The notes: generated by a model not told the origin, from the sequence alone. A DNA stretch of 64,000 nucleotides from Pedosphaera sp. (GCA_028293285.1 JAQGPC010000268.1:4024-68023), one strand, 5' to 3'; shown: positions 1-11,285, counted from the stretch's first letter. Numbers and translations: made by a program.

Positions 1-31
1 ACCAGCCAAGGGTTCCAAGTCAACGAGCGAC

Positions 32-1219
32 ATGGCCGGGTTGGTGCTGACGATCAACGGAGGTTCCTCCAGCATCAAGTTTGCGTTATATCAGTTAAGC
101 GAAACTCCAAAGCAGATTCTTTCCGGGAAGATTGACCGTATCGGACTGGATGGCACGAACTTGGCGTTCAAGGGAGCAACTAAAGATCAGGCTGGCCATT
201 GCCGCATTGAAATTCCTGATCATAATTCACCGATACCTTTTCTCATCGATTGGCTTGAAGCGCGGGACGAGTTTAGTTCAGTCAAGGCCATCGGACATCG
301 TGTGGTTCACGGCATGAAGCATACGGAACAAGAACTGGTCACGCCGGAACTGTTGAAGGAACTGCATCGCCTCGAGCCTTACGACCCGGATCATTTGCCG
401 CGTGAGATCGAGCTGATCGCGGCCTTCCGCGAACGTCATCCGGAGCTGCCGCAGGTAGCCTGCTTTGACACGGCGTTTCATAGCACCATGCCGCGCGTGG
501 CCCGGATTCTGCCAATTCCGCGCCGTTACTTCGAGCGAGGAATTCAACGTTACGGTTTTCACGGAATTTCTTATGCCTATCTGCTTGAAGAACTCGCGCG
601 CGTTGCTGGCGCAAAGTCTGCACGAGGGCGCGTGATCCTGGCTCATCTTGGCAACGGTGCGAGCCTCGCGGCCGTGCACGACGGCAAAAGTATGGATACC
701 AGCATGGGCTTTACCCCGACGGCGGGATTGGTCATGAGCAGCCGATCCGGTGATTTGGATCCAGGGTTGGTCTGGTATCTCGCGCAAAGCGAGCAGATGA
801 ATGCGGAACAATTTAACCAGATGGTCAATCATCAGTCGGGGCTGTTGGGAGTTTCAGAAATCAGTTCCGATATGCGGGACTTGCTCGCGAAGGAAACTGA
901 GGACGTTCGGGCGGCGGATGCCATTGCGCTGTTCTGTTATCAGATTAAAAAATGGATTGGAGCTTTTGCCGCCGTTCTTGGCGGAGTGGACACGCTCGTC
1001 TTTGCAGGAGGTATTGGCGAAAACGTGCCACTCGTCCGCACACGCATTTGTGAAGGGCTTGGGTTTCTTGGCATCGAATTGAACGAGACGCGTAACGCGG
1101 AGAATGCGACGTTAATATCCACGGAGGCCGGGCGCGTTGCTGTGCGGGTCATCCACACGGATGAAGAAGTGATGATTGCCCGGTCAGTCGGGCGGCTTCT
1201 GAAATTAAATGTGACTTAG
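32..1219 (+). CDS. ackA: acetate kinase
   Basis: 395-aa ORF. N-terminal 'LVLTINGGSSSIKFALY' is the ASKHA phosphate-binding motif, and the whole length looks like acetate kinase. It sits directly upstream of phosphoketolase. Confidence 0.93.
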   Translation: MAGLVLTINGGSSSIKFALYQLSETPKQILSGKIDRIGLDGTNLAFKGATKDQAGHCRIEIPDHNSPIPFLIDWLEARDEFSSVKAIGHRVVHGMKHTEQELVTPELLKELHRLEPYDPDHLPREIELIAAFRERHPELPQVACFDTAFHSTMPRVARILPIPRRYFERGIQRYGFHGISYAYLLEELARVAGAKSARGRVILAHLGNGASLAAVHDGKSMDTSMGFTPTAGLVMSSRSGDLDPGLVWYLAQSEQMNAEQFNQMVNHQSGLLGVSEISSDMRDLLAKETEDVRAADAIALFCYQIKKWIGAFAAVLGGVDTLVFAGGIGENVPLVRTRICEGLGFLGIELNETRNAENATLISTEAGRVAVRVIHTDEEVMIARSVGRLLKLNVT

Positions 1220-1232
1220 AGAAAGTTGAACT

Positions 1233-3593
1233 ATGACCGTTAAAAATTTAAAGCCAGAACTGCTTCAGAAGATGGATGCCTATTGGCGCGCGGCCAATTA
1301 CCTGTCGGTCGGGCAAATTTATCTCTACGACAATCCGCTTTTGAAGAAGCCGCTCAAGCTCGCGCACATCAAGCCGCGCCTGCTCGGCCATTGGGGCACA
1401 ACGCCCGGATTGAACTTCATCTATGTTCACCTGAACCGGGTCATAAAAGAACAAAACCTGGACGTCATTTATATCACCGGCCCCGGACACGGTGGGCCGG
1501 GCTTGGTGGCCAATGCTTATCTGGAAGGCACCTATAGCGAAGTTTATCCGGATATTTCGCCAGATGAGGAAGGCATGCGGCGCTTGTTCAAACAATTTTC
1601 CTTCCCGGGCGGTATTCCGAGCCATGTTGCGCCTGAGACACCTGGATCGATTCATGAAGGCGGTGAACTCGGTTATTCACTGTCACATGCTTTTGGCGCG
1701 GCGTTTGATAATCCTGACTTGCTGGTCGCTTGCGTGGTTGGCGATGGCGAGGCGGAAACCGGGCCACTGGCCACGAGCTGGCACTCGAATAAATTTCTCA
1801 ATCCAGTGCGCGATGGCGCGGTGTTGCCCATCCTCCATTTGAACGGCTACAAAATTGCCGGGCCAACCGTGCTCGCCCGCATTCCACGCGAGGAGTTGGA
1901 AGCACTCTTTCACGGCTACGGTTATATGCCGTATTTCGTCGAAGGCGACGAGCCGATAAAGATGCACCAACTCATGGCGGCCACACTCGATATCGTCACG
2001 GCTGACATTCGGCGCATTCAACAGGAGGCGCGGAAGAACGGATTCAAGAAGCGTCCGCGTTGGCCGATGATTATCCTGCGTTCACCGAAGGGTTGGACCG
2101 GCCCAAAGGTGGTGGATGGCAAACCGACCGAAGGGACGTTCCGCTCGCATCAGGTGCCGATGGGCGACATGAGTCATCCGGGGCACGTGAAGCTTTTGGA
2201 AAAGTGGATGAAGAGTTATCGCCCCCAGGAATTATTTGATAAAACCGGCAAGCTGCGACCCGAACTTGCCGAACTCGCTCCCAAGGGTGAACGTCGCATG
2301 AGTGCTAATCCACATGCCAATGGCGGACTGTTGCTGCGCGATTTGTGCCTGCCGGATTTTCGCGACTATGCCGTGAAAGTGCCCAAGCCGGGGGCGGTTG
2401 TTGCCGAAGCCACCCGCGTGCAGGGGGAATTCATCCGCGATGTACTGAAACGCAACCTCGACAATTTCCGCATCTTCAGTCCCGATGAAACGGCTTCGAA
2501 TCGCTGGAACGCCGTCTTCGAAGCGACTAATCGTTGTTCAACAGCAGAAATTCTTCCCGGCGATGATCATGTCGCGCCCGATGGCCGGGTGATGGAGATG
2601 TTGAGCGAGCATCAGTGCCAAGGCTGGCTCGAAGGCTATTTGCTTACGGGACGCCATGGATTTTTTTCCTGCTATGAGGCTTTTATTCACATCGTTGATT
2701 CCATGTTCAATCAGCATGCCAAGTGGCTGAAAGTGACCCGCCACATTTCCTGGCGGCGGCCCATAGCCTCGCTGAATTACCTGCTTACTTCGCATGTGTG
2801 GCGGCAGGATCATAATGGCTTCAGTCATCAAGACCCCGGCTTCATTGATCATGTCATGAACAAGAAGGCGGAAATCATTCGCGTCTATCTGCCGCCTGAC
2901 GCCAACACGCTGCTTTCGGTAACCGACCATTGCCTGCGCAGCCGCAACTACGTGAATGTGATTGTCGCGGGCAAACAACCTGCCCCGCAGTGGCTCGACA
3001 TGGATTCCGCTATCAAGCATTGCACTGCCGGCATTGGTATTTGGCCTTGGGCGAGCAGCGACCTTGGCGGTCAACCGGATGTGGTCATGGCGTGTGCTGG
3101 CGACGTGCCTACATTGGAAACCCTCGCCGCCGTGGAGTTGCTCAGGCAGCATTTCCCGGAATTGAAAGTCCGCGTGATTAACGTGGTCGATTTGATGAAG
3201 CTCCAGCCGCAGACCGAGCACCCCCACGGGTTAAGCGACAAGGATTTTGATGTGCTCTTTACAACCGATAAGCCCGTCATCTTTGCCTATCACGGTTACC
3301 CTTGGTTGATTCATCGGCTCACGTATCGCCGCACCAACCATAGGAATCTTCACGTGCGGGGCTACAAGGAAGAGGGCACAACTTCGACGCCGTTCGACAT
3401 GGTAGTAATGAATGATCTGGATCGCTTTCATCTGGTGGGTGATGTCATTGATCGTGTGCCGCAACTCGGTCCCAAGGCGGCTTACGCCAAGCAAGCCATC
3501 CGCGACAAACTCATTGATCATAAACAATACATTGCGAAACATGGCGAAGACCTACCGGAAATTCGGAATTGGAAATGGGGCGCAACCAAGTAA
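1233..3593 (+). CDS. xfp: xylulose-5-P/fructose-6-P phosphoketolase
   Basis: 786-aa ORF. '[15 protein letters not shown]...[17 protein letters not shown]' and '[15 protein letters not shown]' are typical of ThDP-dependent phosphoketolases. Pairing with ackA is the canonical arrangement. Confidence 0.95.
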   Translation: MTVKNLKPELLQKMDAYWRAANYLSVGQIYLYDNPLLKKPLKLAHIKPRLLGHWGTTPGLNFIYVHLNRVIKEQNLDVIYITGPGHGGPGLVANAYLEGTYSEVYPDISPDEEGMRRLFKQFSFPGGIPSHVAPETPGSIHEGGELGYSLSHAFGAAFDNPDLLVACVVGDGEAETGPLATSWHSNKFLNPVRDGAVLPILHLNGYKIAGPTVLARIPREELEALFHGYGYMPYFVEGDEPIKMHQLMAATLDIVTADIRRIQQEARKNGFKKRPRWPMIILRSPKGWTGPKVVDGKPTEGTFRSHQVPMGDMSHPGHVKLLEKWMKSYRPQELFDKTGKLRPELAELAPKGERRMSANPHANGGLLLRDLCLPDFRDYAVKVPKPGAVVAEATRVQGEFIRDVLKRNLDNFRIFSPDETASNRWNAVFEATNRCSTAEILPGDDHVAPDGRVMEMLSEHQCQGWLEGYLLTGRHGFFSCYEAFIHIVDSMFNQHAKWLKVTRHISWRRPIASLNYLLTSHVWRQDHNGFSHQDPGFIDHVMNKKAEIIRVYLPPDANTLLSVTDHCLRSRNYVNVIVAGKQPAPQWLDMDSAIKHCTAGIGIWPWASSDLGGQPDVVMACAGDVPTLETLAAVELLRQHFPELKVRVINVVDLMKLQPQTEHPHGLSDKDFDVLFTTDKPVIFAYHGYPWLIHRLTYRRTNHRNLHVRGYKEEGTTSTPFDMVVMNDLDRFHLVGDVIDRVPQLGPKAAYAKQAIRDKLIDHKQYIAKHGEDLPEIRNWKWGATK

Positions 3594-3607
3594 TAAATGA
3601 ACCGGGC

Positions 3608-4192
3608 ATGTTGCCGCGTATTTATTTCATTCGACACGGCGAAACGGAATGGTCGCTTTCCGGACAGCATACCGGGCGCACAGATATTCCATTGGCCGGG
3701 CATGGCGAAGACGCGGCACGGAAACTGGGAGAGCGTCTTCGAGATATTCCATTTACCCGGGTGCTGACGAGTCCACGCCAACGGGCACGACGAACGTGTG
3801 AGTTGGCGGGGTTGGGTTCCAAAGCTGAAATCGAACCGGATTTGGCAGAGTGGGACTATGGCGATTACGAAGGACTACGCTCGGTAGAGATTCTCCAAAA
3901 AAGACCGGACTGGAACATCTTCCGCGACGGCTGTCCGCGTGGTGAAACGCCCGCGCAAATTTCCGGGCGCGTCGATCGGCTCATTGCGCGGCTGCGGGCG
4001 TTGGAAGGAAATGTCGCGCTGTTTTCACACGGCCATCTGGGTCGCGTCCTGGCTGCGCGTTGGATTGGATTGCCGGTGAGTGAAGCGCAGCATTTTATTT
4101 TAGGCACAGCATCACTGAGCATTCTTGATTTCGAGCGCAATCACGTTGAATCGCCCGTCATTGCGTTGTGGAACGCGGGAGCGCTTACGTGA
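3608..4192 (+). CDS. histidine phosphatase family protein (PGM-like)
   Basis: 'RIYFIRHGETEWS' is the RHG catalytic motif. I chose the ATG at 3608 because the longer ORF start (3569) overlaps the xfp stop. Confidence 0.8.
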   Translation: MLPRIYFIRHGETEWSLSGQHTGRTDIPLAGHGEDAARKLGERLRDIPFTRVLTSPRQRARRTCELAGLGSKAEIEPDLAEWDYGDYEGLRSVEILQKRPDWNIFRDGCPRGETPAQISGRVDRLIARLRALEGNVALFSHGHLGRVLAARWIGLPVSEAQHFILGTASLSILDFERNHVESPVIALWNAGALT

Positions 4193-4275
4193 TGAACATC
4201 CGTGTTTCACGGATCAGTTAGGCGCAATCGCAACAATGTGGTAAACTGCTCACGACCTGAGCGAAAGCATCACCT

Positions 4276-5175
4276 ATGAATTGGACTCCTTTGGATATCA
4301 CCGTGCGGGTCGGTTGCAGCATCGCCTATGAAACGTCCATGCCGACGCCGGTGCTATTCCTGCTCAAGCCGCGACTGGAAGGCCGGGTGCTGGTGATGCA
4401 GGAGAAGCTTTCGTTCGGCATTGGTCTTCCGTCGTACGAGTTTCAGGATTTTCACGGCAACTTCACTTATCGGTCGATGCTCATGCCGGGCCGCAACGAA
4501 ATTCGTCACGATGCCCTGGTCGCGGTTTCATCCCTGCCAGACAGCCGGGAAGTGATAGGCAACATTATGCCCATTGGACAGCTTCCTTCTGATTTGTTGC
4601 GCTACACGTTGCCGAGCCGTTATTGCGATTCAGACAAGCTGATGGATTTTGCTTGGAAACAGTTCGGGCAGACCACGCATGGCCTCCCACGTGTGCAAGC
4701 CATCTGCGATTGGGTCCATAATAATATTGAATACCGCTCGCTATCCGGCCGAGCTGACTTGTCCGCGTCTGAGGTCATCGAACGGCGTTATGGTGTCTGC
4801 CGCGATTTTGCCCACGCGGCGATTGCGCTATGTCGCGCTTTCAATTTGCCTGCTCGCTATGTGACTGGACACTTGCCGGACATTGGCTGCATTGATCCGG
4901 GGACGCCGATGGATTTTCATGCTTATTGCGAAGTTTACCTCGGGCAGGAGTGGATGACTTTTGATCCGCGTTTCAATGTCCCGCGTATTGGCCGCATCAA
5001 AGTTGCGCATGGCGCGGACGCGGTAGAGGGTGCGTTTGCGACGATTTATGGCGAGGCCAAGTTGACCCATTTTGAAGTCTGGGCCTACCAGGTGAATCCA
5101 CAAAAAGTTTCCGTGGGCGATCCCATTGATTTATCCAAACGACTTGATAGCAGTCTGACAGTGCGACTGACTTAA
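4276..5175 (+). CDS. transglutaminase-like family protein
   Basis: 299-aa ORF with a 'YGVCRDFAHAAIALCRAFNLPARYVTGH' Cys-His core followed by a D-containing segment, as in the transglutaminase-like superfamily. Confidence 0.8.
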   Translation: MNWTPLDITVRVGCSIAYETSMPTPVLFLLKPRLEGRVLVMQEKLSFGIGLPSYEFQDFHGNFTYRSMLMPGRNEIRHDALVAVSSLPDSREVIGNIMPIGQLPSDLLRYTLPSRYCDSDKLMDFAWKQFGQTTHGLPRVQAICDWVHNNIEYRSLSGRADLSASEVIERRYGVCRDFAHAAIALCRAFNLPARYVTGHLPDIGCIDPGTPMDFHAYCEVYLGQEWMTFDPRFNVPRIGRIKVAHGADAVEGAFATIYGEAKLTHFEVWAYQVNPQKVSVGDPIDLSKRLDSSLTVRLT

Positions 5176-5183
5176 CAACTGTC

Positions 5184-6653
5184 TTACTCCATCGCGGCCA
5201 GCAATTCATCCAGCGGAATGGTGGCGAAGCTCGTCGCGGAGTCACTCATCGCATAAGGAATCACCACCTCGCGGTCGTGCAGCAGCGCGCCGCAGGTGTA
5301 AACGACATTAGGGACGTAGCCTTCACGCTCGGCTTCGTTTGGGGAGAGCAACGGTTCGCGCAATCGGCCGATGACGCGCGTGGGGTCCTTCAAATCGAGC
5401 AGGAACGCCCCGATACAATATTTGCGCATGGCGCCGACGCCATGGCTTAGCACAAGCCAGCCCGCTTCTGTTTCAATCGGCGAACCGCAATTTCCCATTT
5501 TGATGAATTCCCACGGTTGCGCGGGCGAGAGCAACAGCTTCGTTTCGGACCAGAAATGAATGTTATCGGAGAACATGATGAGAATATTCTCATCGTCCTG
5601 GCGCGAAATCATGGCGTAATGACCGTTGATCTTCCGCGGAAATAGGGCCATGCCTTTGTTCCGCACCGCCGGACCGTTCATCGTGATGAATTTGAAATGA
5701 AGGAAGTCCCGTGTCTCCAGGAGTTGGGGCAGGATGATCCTCCCGTCGTAAGCCGTGTAGGTCGCGTAATAGGTGAAGCTGCCATTGTCATTGGCGAAGC
5801 GAACGAAACGCGCGTCCTCGATGCCATTGCTTTGGCTGGGCGAAGAGGGAAAAATGACGCGTTGTGAGACCGGCTGGCCTTCGGCAAAGCGCACTTCGTA
5901 ATTCGACTCGGCGAGCAACAGCATGCCGCGCGCGGCCCGGTCTGCGGCTGCATCGGATGCCGCCGTTTGCTTGCGTTCTGCCGGAAGGATACGACGCAAA
6001 TCGTCCATGGTAAAAGAATCATCGAGCTGCTCCAGCACGCCACGGCAAAACTTGTTCTGCACGCCCAGTTCCTGGAGTTTACGGGCAAACAGTGCCTTCT
6101 CGTAAGCCGACTTCGGCACGCGCTCCGGTTCGGTCGCAAATTCCACCGGCGGCGTGAGCGTGATGCGGTGCCGGGCGCTGACGACGCCGACACGAAACGT
6201 GATGGACGAAATATGCCCCTCGCCCGTTGCCCGCAAACTCATGATGAAACGCAGCGCACCTTTGGCCAGTCCGCTCTGGTCCGGGTGAGGAACGATGGAT
6301 GGATTAAACAGTGCCGCCGACTCGGGAGAATATTCGTGGGTAAAGTAAGAGCCAATGAGCATCTGGCGTTTCACCGAAGGCTTCTTTTTGCCAGCGATGA
6401 GATACCCTACCTGGCTAAACCGATTTTGGAAAAATTTCTCCACGGCGTGATGCCGCTCTCCGAATTCCGCCATCACACCAGCAAGCACTCGCTCAACCTC
6501 CGCTTCAGGCAAGGCCATTACCTGCGCCACGATTCTCCGGGCGATTTCTTCAGTAGTCGGACGGAATGGGCGCATCAACACGCGCGAATGGTCGGGAACG
6601 AGGGTTGGTCCAATGCGTTTTGCGTGGGCGTCCGGCTTATTGAGATTGGTCAT
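5184..6653 (-). CDS. GH130-like glycosidase/phosphorylase with N-terminal extension
   Basis: 489-aa ORF. The C-terminal half ('FPRKINGHYAMISRQD...GNCGSPIETEAGWLVLSHGVG...GYVPNVVYTCG') resembles the GH130 beta-propeller family. It is co-directional with the GT4 gene upstream. Confidence 0.65.
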   Translation of the reverse strand: MTNLNKPDAHAKRIGPTLVPDHSRVLMRPFRPTTEEIARRIVAQVMALPEAEVERVLAGVMAEFGERHHAVEKFFQNRFSQVGYLIAGKKKPSVKRQMLIGSYFTHEYSPESAALFNPSIVPHPDQSGLAKGALRFIMSLRATGEGHISSITFRVGVVSARHRITLTPPVEFATEPERVPKSAYEKALFARKLQELGVQNKFCRGVLEQLDDSFTMDDLRRILPAERKQTAASDAAADRAARGMLLLAESNYEVRFAEGQPVSQRVIFPSSPSQSNGIEDARFVRFANDNGSFTYYATYTAYDGRIILPQLLETRDFLHFKFITMNGPAVRNKGMALFPRKINGHYAMISRQDDENILIMFSDNIHFWSETKLLLSPAQPWEFIKMGNCGSPIETEAGWLVLSHGVGAMRKYCIGAFLLDLKDPTRVIGRLREPLLSPNEAEREGYVPNVVYTCGALLHDREVVIPYAMSDSATSFATIPLDELLAAME

Positions 6654-6686
6654 AATTTTTCTACCGCGAAATTAAACGAGCCGGAG

Positions 6687-9020
6687 TTACTTCCCGGACG
6701 GTTCTTTAAAACTCGTGAGTGTGTTCTGCAGCGCCTGCATCTCCGCCAGCGCGAGCAGGAAAGCGAGCGTGGACTCGGCACCCTGGTTTTGACTCAGGCG
6801 ATCGATGTGCAAACCGTCGCGACAGCCACCGGTGGTTGAATCGTAAAGCGCGAGGCCCAAATCGTTGCGACCAAGAAACCACTCGAAGGCGCGTCGCGCT
6901 TCAGCAATCCAGAAGGGATCATGCGTCGCCTGATAAGCTTCGATGCAGGCGGACACCGTGGCTTGAGCTTCAATGGGTTGCTGGTCAAAGAGTGCGGGCT
7001 CCTGGCCGCGTGTGTAAAACCCGTTCGAACCAATGGGCCGAAACGAGCCGGCAGGCGAAGTTTGAACTTTTACGAGCCAGCGCAGCGTCTTGAGGCCGAG
7101 TTCCAGCATGGCGAGATTGTTCATACAACGTCCGCTGAGGATCATCGCATGCGGCAGTTTTGCGTTGGCGTAGGAAACCGTCTCCTCGAACCACTGCCAC
7201 TCTTCAGTTGCGGCGTCGTTGTAACGTTGCAAGAGTTTGGCCGTGAACAATTCACGAAATTGCGTCACGCGCCGGTCGCCGCTCAAGCGCTGCAGGTAGG
7301 CATCAATGCCGATGAGCGTGAAAGCCCATGCGCGTGGTGAGGTGAATTTAGCCGCGACGGGCAGCGCCAGTTCGAACAGTTGCGCCGCCAGCATTTGGAA
7401 ACTGCCCTGGCCCGCCTGCGCAACGCACAGCCCGAGTGCCCAGAGCGACTGGCCCTGGCAATCCTCCGAACCAATCTCATCCAGCCAGCGACGGTCGAAG
7501 CTCATGAAGTTGTGGAACCGCCCGCGCTGACGGTCAAACGCGTGGTTCAGAAATGACGCATACGTGGCCGCGCGCTCACCGATACGCGGCGAACCGTGGC
7601 CCAATCGTTTTAGCATCAACGCGAGCACCAGCGCGCGTGCATTGTCGTCCGTGCAATAACCTTCCGCAAAGTTCGGCACGGTGAAGCTGGCGTGTTGAAA
7701 AATTCCCGTCGAATCAGTCATCCGAAACAGGTGGTCGAGCTTCAATTCCGGTAATTGGCCAGGTTGCTCATCGAGCGTTTTAATAGGCGACGATTTTGTT
7801 CCGACGAAACTATGATCGTGCCGCGCCTGCTCGAACGATTTTAGATAGAGCTGTGCCACGCGGCTCCACACCATATCGCGGCCGAGCTTGTAGGCATTCT
7901 TGCGCATCGAATGGCGTAACGGATCATCCCGCAGCAATTCAACTACAGCGACAGCGATGGCCTGGGCATCGCGGAACGGCACCAGTTTGCCGCGTTCTTC
8001 GGTCAATAATTCCGAGGCGTGCCAGTAAGGCGTGGATACCACGGCATTTCCCGCGCCGAAGGCGTACGCCAGCGTGCCCGAAGTGATTTGTGCTTCGGTC
8101 AAGTAGGGCGTGATGTAAATGTCCGCCGCGCCAATGAAGCGCATCAATTCCTCCAACTCGACGAAACGATTGAAGAATACAACGTGCTTCTGCACACCGA
8201 GATCTTTGGCGAGCCGTTCCAAGGTTAAGCGATAAGCTTCACCTTCATTACGCAGTAAATTGGGATGGGTCTGCCCAAGCACGATATAAACGATATTGGG
8301 AAATTCGCGAATGATGTCGGGCAAGGCGCGCAACGCGAACTCGATGCCTTTGTTGGGCGACAGCAAACCGAAGGTGAGCAACACCTGCTTGCCCGCGACG
8401 GCGAACTCGTCCTTGAAATAATTCGGGTCGGCAAACGGCATATCAGGAATGCCATGTGGGATAAGATCGATCTTACTTTCGGGTGCTTTATAAACGTCAC
8501 GCAGAAATTCCCGACCGCGTTCGCTCATCACCACCAGCCGGGTCGAGAGGCGAATCAAATCGCGCATCACGCGGCGTTGCTCATCGCTTGGCTCGCGCAA
8601 GACCGTGTGGAGGGTCGTGACGATGGGCATCCGCAGTTCGCGCAACAGCGCCAGCACGTGACTGCCCGCCGGCCCGCCGAAAATGCCGAACTCGTGCTCG
8701 AGACAAACGACATCCACGTCGCTGATGTTCAGAAAATCCGCCGCACGCAAATACGATGGCAAGTCTTGCTCCGCAATTTCGAAGCGCACTTCAGGCGGAT
8801 AATCATAACCGTCCTCGATGTCATTCACGGGGACAACCGGGCATTGAATGGTTGGGAATTCGGCGGCGACGGCGCAGCGCAGGTCGGTGGTGAACGTGGC
8901 GATGCCGCATTTTCTGGGCATATAGTCGCCGAGAAACGCGACCTTGCGAATGGCAGAGGCTGGCTTCATGAATCGTTTTCCGATGTCACAAGGCAACTTG
9001 CCGATACTGACAGATCCCAT
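6687..9020 (-). CDS. GT4-family glycosyltransferase fused to a large C-terminal alpha-helical domain
   Basis: 777-aa ORF. The N-terminal ~400 aa are GT-B/GT4-like ('KCGIATFTTDL', 'SPNKGIEFAL', 'PYLTEAQITSGTLAYAFGAGNAVVSTPY'). An alternative ATG at 8969 ('MKPASAIRKVAFLG') is possible. Confidence 0.8.
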   Translation of the reverse strand: MGSVSIGKLPCDIGKRFMKPASAIRKVAFLGDYMPRKCGIATFTTDLRCAVAAEFPTIQCPVVPVNDIEDGYDYPPEVRFEIAEQDLPSYLRAADFLNISDVDVVCLEHEFGIFGGPAGSHVLALLRELRMPIVTTLHTVLREPSDEQRRVMRDLIRLSTRLVVMSERGREFLRDVYKAPESKIDLIPHGIPDMPFADPNYFKDEFAVAGKQVLLTFGLLSPNKGIEFALRALPDIIREFPNIVYIVLGQTHPNLLRNEGEAYRLTLERLAKDLGVQKHVVFFNRFVELEELMRFIGAADIYITPYLTEAQITSGTLAYAFGAGNAVVSTPYWHASELLTEERGKLVPFRDAQAIAVAVVELLRDDPLRHSMRKNAYKLGRDMVWSRVAQLYLKSFEQARHDHSFVGTKSSPIKTLDEQPGQLPELKLDHLFRMTDSTGIFQHASFTVPNFAEGYCTDDNARALVLALMLKRLGHGSPRIGERAATYASFLNHAFDRQRGRFHNFMSFDRRWLDEIGSEDCQGQSLWALGLCVAQAGQGSFQMLAAQLFELALPVAAKFTSPRAWAFTLIGIDAYLQRLSGDRRVTQFRELFTAKLLQRYNDAATEEWQWFEETVSYANAKLPHAMILSGRCMNNLAMLELGLKTLRWLVKVQTSPAGSFRPIGSNGFYTRGQEPALFDQQPIEAQATVSACIEAYQATHDPFWIAEARRAFEWFLGRNDLGLALYDSTTGGCRDGLHIDRLSQNQGAESTLAFLLALAEMQALQNTLTSFKEPSGK

Positions 9021-9107
9021 ATTACACTATACGGTAACTTTCACCAAGAAACATTCCCACCTCTGCGGTGGATACACGAATCTGGATGGTCGCTGCGACG
9101 TTGTCAT

Positions 9108-9932
9108 CTAGGCAGCCGACCTGCGTTTTTTTACTTTAGGCTTGGAGCGGGCAGAACGAGTTGTTTCGAGCAAACTGCGTTGGAGCACGTCAAAGATATC
9201 CACCACATTCCCAGGGAGCTTGGTGGTTTGTGAACGCCGTTTGCCGCCTTTCTCTCCTTCTTTAATTTTACGCTCAATGACTTCCATCAAGGCGGATTTA
9301 TAATCGTTGGAATATTTGGCGGGATTCCATTTGGTAGTCATGGCACCAATGAGGGCCTTGGCCATTTCCTTTTCGGTTTTTCCTACCTGCACATCGCGGG
9401 GAGATTGCAGCATCTGCGGATCAACAAGTTCTTCCTCGAAGTGCATCAGTTCGAGGAGTAGCAGATTGTCTTTGGGCTTCAATGCGGCGAGATGTTGTTT
9501 GGTGCGGATGACGACTTTGGCAATACCCAATGTCCCGCTCTCGATCAACGCGTCGCGCAATAATGCGAAAGGTTTTGCTCCACCTTTCTCGGGCACCAAG
9601 TAATACGGCTTGTCGAAATACATGGGATCGATTTCCCGCGAACCGACGAAATCCATCAATTGAATGGTCTGCACGCCATCGGCTTTGGGACGGTTAAAAT
9701 CTTCTTCATTCAACACGACAAAATGGTCGGGTTCATATTCGTAACCTTTGACGATTTCATCATTGGAAACTTCCTTGGCGTCCACCTCGGCTACGCGCTT
9801 GTAGCTGATGGGACTGAGGTCACTTTTTCGGAGCATGCGGAATTTTAATTCGTCTCTTTGGACGGCGGGATGAAGCGCAACAGGAATACTGACCAAACCA
9901 AAACTTAGGGTACCTTTCCAGATGGCGTGCAT
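9108..9932 (-). CDS. ku: Ku protein (NHEJ DNA end-binding)
   Basis: 'MHAIWKGTLSFGLVSIPVAL' is the canonical bacterial Ku N-terminus, and the C-terminal tail is basic. Start set at the ATG at 9932 (longest ORF starts at 9947). Confidence 0.9.
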   Translation of the reverse strand: MHAIWKGTLSFGLVSIPVALHPAVQRDELKFRMLRKSDLSPISYKRVAEVDAKEVSNDEIVKGYEYEPDHFVVLNEEDFNRPKADGVQTIQLMDFVGSREIDPMYFDKPYYLVPEKGGAKPFALLRDALIESGTLGIAKVVIRTKQHLAALKPKDNLLLLELMHFEEELVDPQMLQSPRDVQVGKTEKEMAKALIGAMTTKWNPAKYSNDYKSALMEVIERKIKEGEKGGKRRSQTTKLPGNVVDIFDVLQRSLLETTRSARSKPKVKKRRSAA

Positions 9933-10084
9933 GCTGATTGGCAACAACTTCCGTGTAAAAAGAGCAAGTTGCTAACGGAAGATGTTCACAAAGTGGGATT
10001 GCATATTCCAAACTACTGAGGGATAGCGACTTAAAGGGTCGTCAGCTGTGAATAACTTTCTAGATTCTTTAATTGCCAAAACTA

Positions 10085-11164
10085 TTATTTCAAGACTTGG
10101 GCGGAAATGGTTTTGAGTCCATTGGTCATGGATTCCCACACCACGATGGGATTGGGTTTTTCCAAAGCACTTGTGACCGCAGGATAAGCACCTGTTTCAG
10201 CGAGGACGATTGGTTTAATTTCGGTTCCCTTCTGCAACATCAATTGGGAATCTTTTTGCCACAAAAAAAATAGACCTTCCCGGCCCAGGCTCACAACGGG
10301 CTGTCTGCCTTCACCAAGTAAATGCTCAATAAATTTTTCATCGGTGTAATAAACTGATTTGTCCCGACGCCAAACGGAATAAGGGCCAGCTAAACTTCCA
10401 CCATCCATGGGACAGGCATTTAAGGACCATGTCCCCTGCCCCAACTTTTGCGCGGTGGAGAATGTCTTGCCGCCATCGGTGCTATCGGCGGTAAACATAT
10501 CGTGCGCACCATTGAGCGAATTTCGCCACATGATGCGGACGATGGCGTTGCTGAAGATGCTTATGGAAGGATGGCAGCATTCACAGATATGGCCGTCCGG
10601 AGATTCATACACTTTGATATTATCGCTCCAAGTTTTGCCGTCGTCGTGTGAAGCAGCGCTCCAGAGTTGCGTGACCTTGTTTCGCAAATCGAGCCAGACG
10701 GCATAAACGTTTTTTTGTCCGTCTGCAGTCATGGCGTGCAATCCTTCGCGGGCGGAATTCGGAACCGAATTGATGAGCGCCGCTTTCGACCAGGTGAGAC
10801 CGGCATCGTCGGAAGTCCAGGCGCGCAGATTGCCATCTGGTTGCGAGACAGCGGAAATGGTGACGTGTTGATTGGAAGCAACGATGCGTGGGCCGCGGCG
10901 CATGCCGAGCGACAATTTTGGGAGTGTGGCAACTTTGCGAGGTTCAAGAAATGTTTTGCCGCCATTGGTAGAAGCGGTGCAGTAAACCGAAGAATCCTTG
11001 CCGAAGGTCACGAAGATGTGGCCGTTGCCCGCGACGGCAACTTGGGGTTGAGTCGCGCCGCGCAATGAAGGCGGGAGAATTTCAACAGGCTGGGCAAGAC
11101 TTGCCACTGCCAGACAAATGCTGGCAAAGAGACTACCCAGCAATGACTTCACCGATTTCTGCAT
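10085..11164 (-). CDS. secreted BNR/Asp-box repeat protein (sialidase-like beta-propeller)
   Basis: Asp-box motifs are 'SDDAGLTWS', 'SHDDGKTWS', 'STDGGKTFS' and 'STNGGKTF'. The signal peptide 'MQKSVKSLLGSLFASICLAVASLAQP' runs from the ATG at 11164. Confidence 0.75.
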   Translation of the reverse strand: MQKSVKSLLGSLFASICLAVASLAQPVEILPPSLRGATQPQVAVAGNGHIFVTFGKDSSVYCTASTNGGKTFLEPRKVATLPKLSLGMRRGPRIVASNQHVTISAVSQPDGNLRAWTSDDAGLTWSKAALINSVPNSAREGLHAMTADGQKNVYAVWLDLRNKVTQLWSAASHDDGKTWSDNIKVYESPDGHICECCHPSISIFSNAIVRIMWRNSLNGAHDMFTADSTDGGKTFSTAQKLGQGTWSLNACPMDGGSLAGPYSVWRRDKSVYYTDEKFIEHLLGEGRQPVVSLGREGLFFLWQKDSQLMLQKGTEIKPIVLAETGAYPAVTSALEKPNPIVVWESMTNGLKTISAQVLK

Positions 11165-11285
11165 GTCGGGAAATTTAGCCGTAATGGGAGGCTGCGTCAT
11201 GGCCTATTATTTGCAAAGCAACGATTGATTTGTGTGCACGACTTGCTTCCTGCTCGAATTCGCTCAAAGTATTTGTGTGGAAGCA

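Noticed and set aside
5967-9233. Long plus-strand ORFs (5967-6839, 8265-9233 and others) opposite the GH130-like and GT4 genes.
   Set aside because: They lie antisense to well-supported genes, and their R/H/G-rich composition has no recognisable domain.
9108-9932. Ku without an adjacent LigD, considered as a possible unusual NHEJ arrangement.
   Set aside because: ligD is frequently unlinked to ku. Its absence from a 64-kb window says nothing about the genome.
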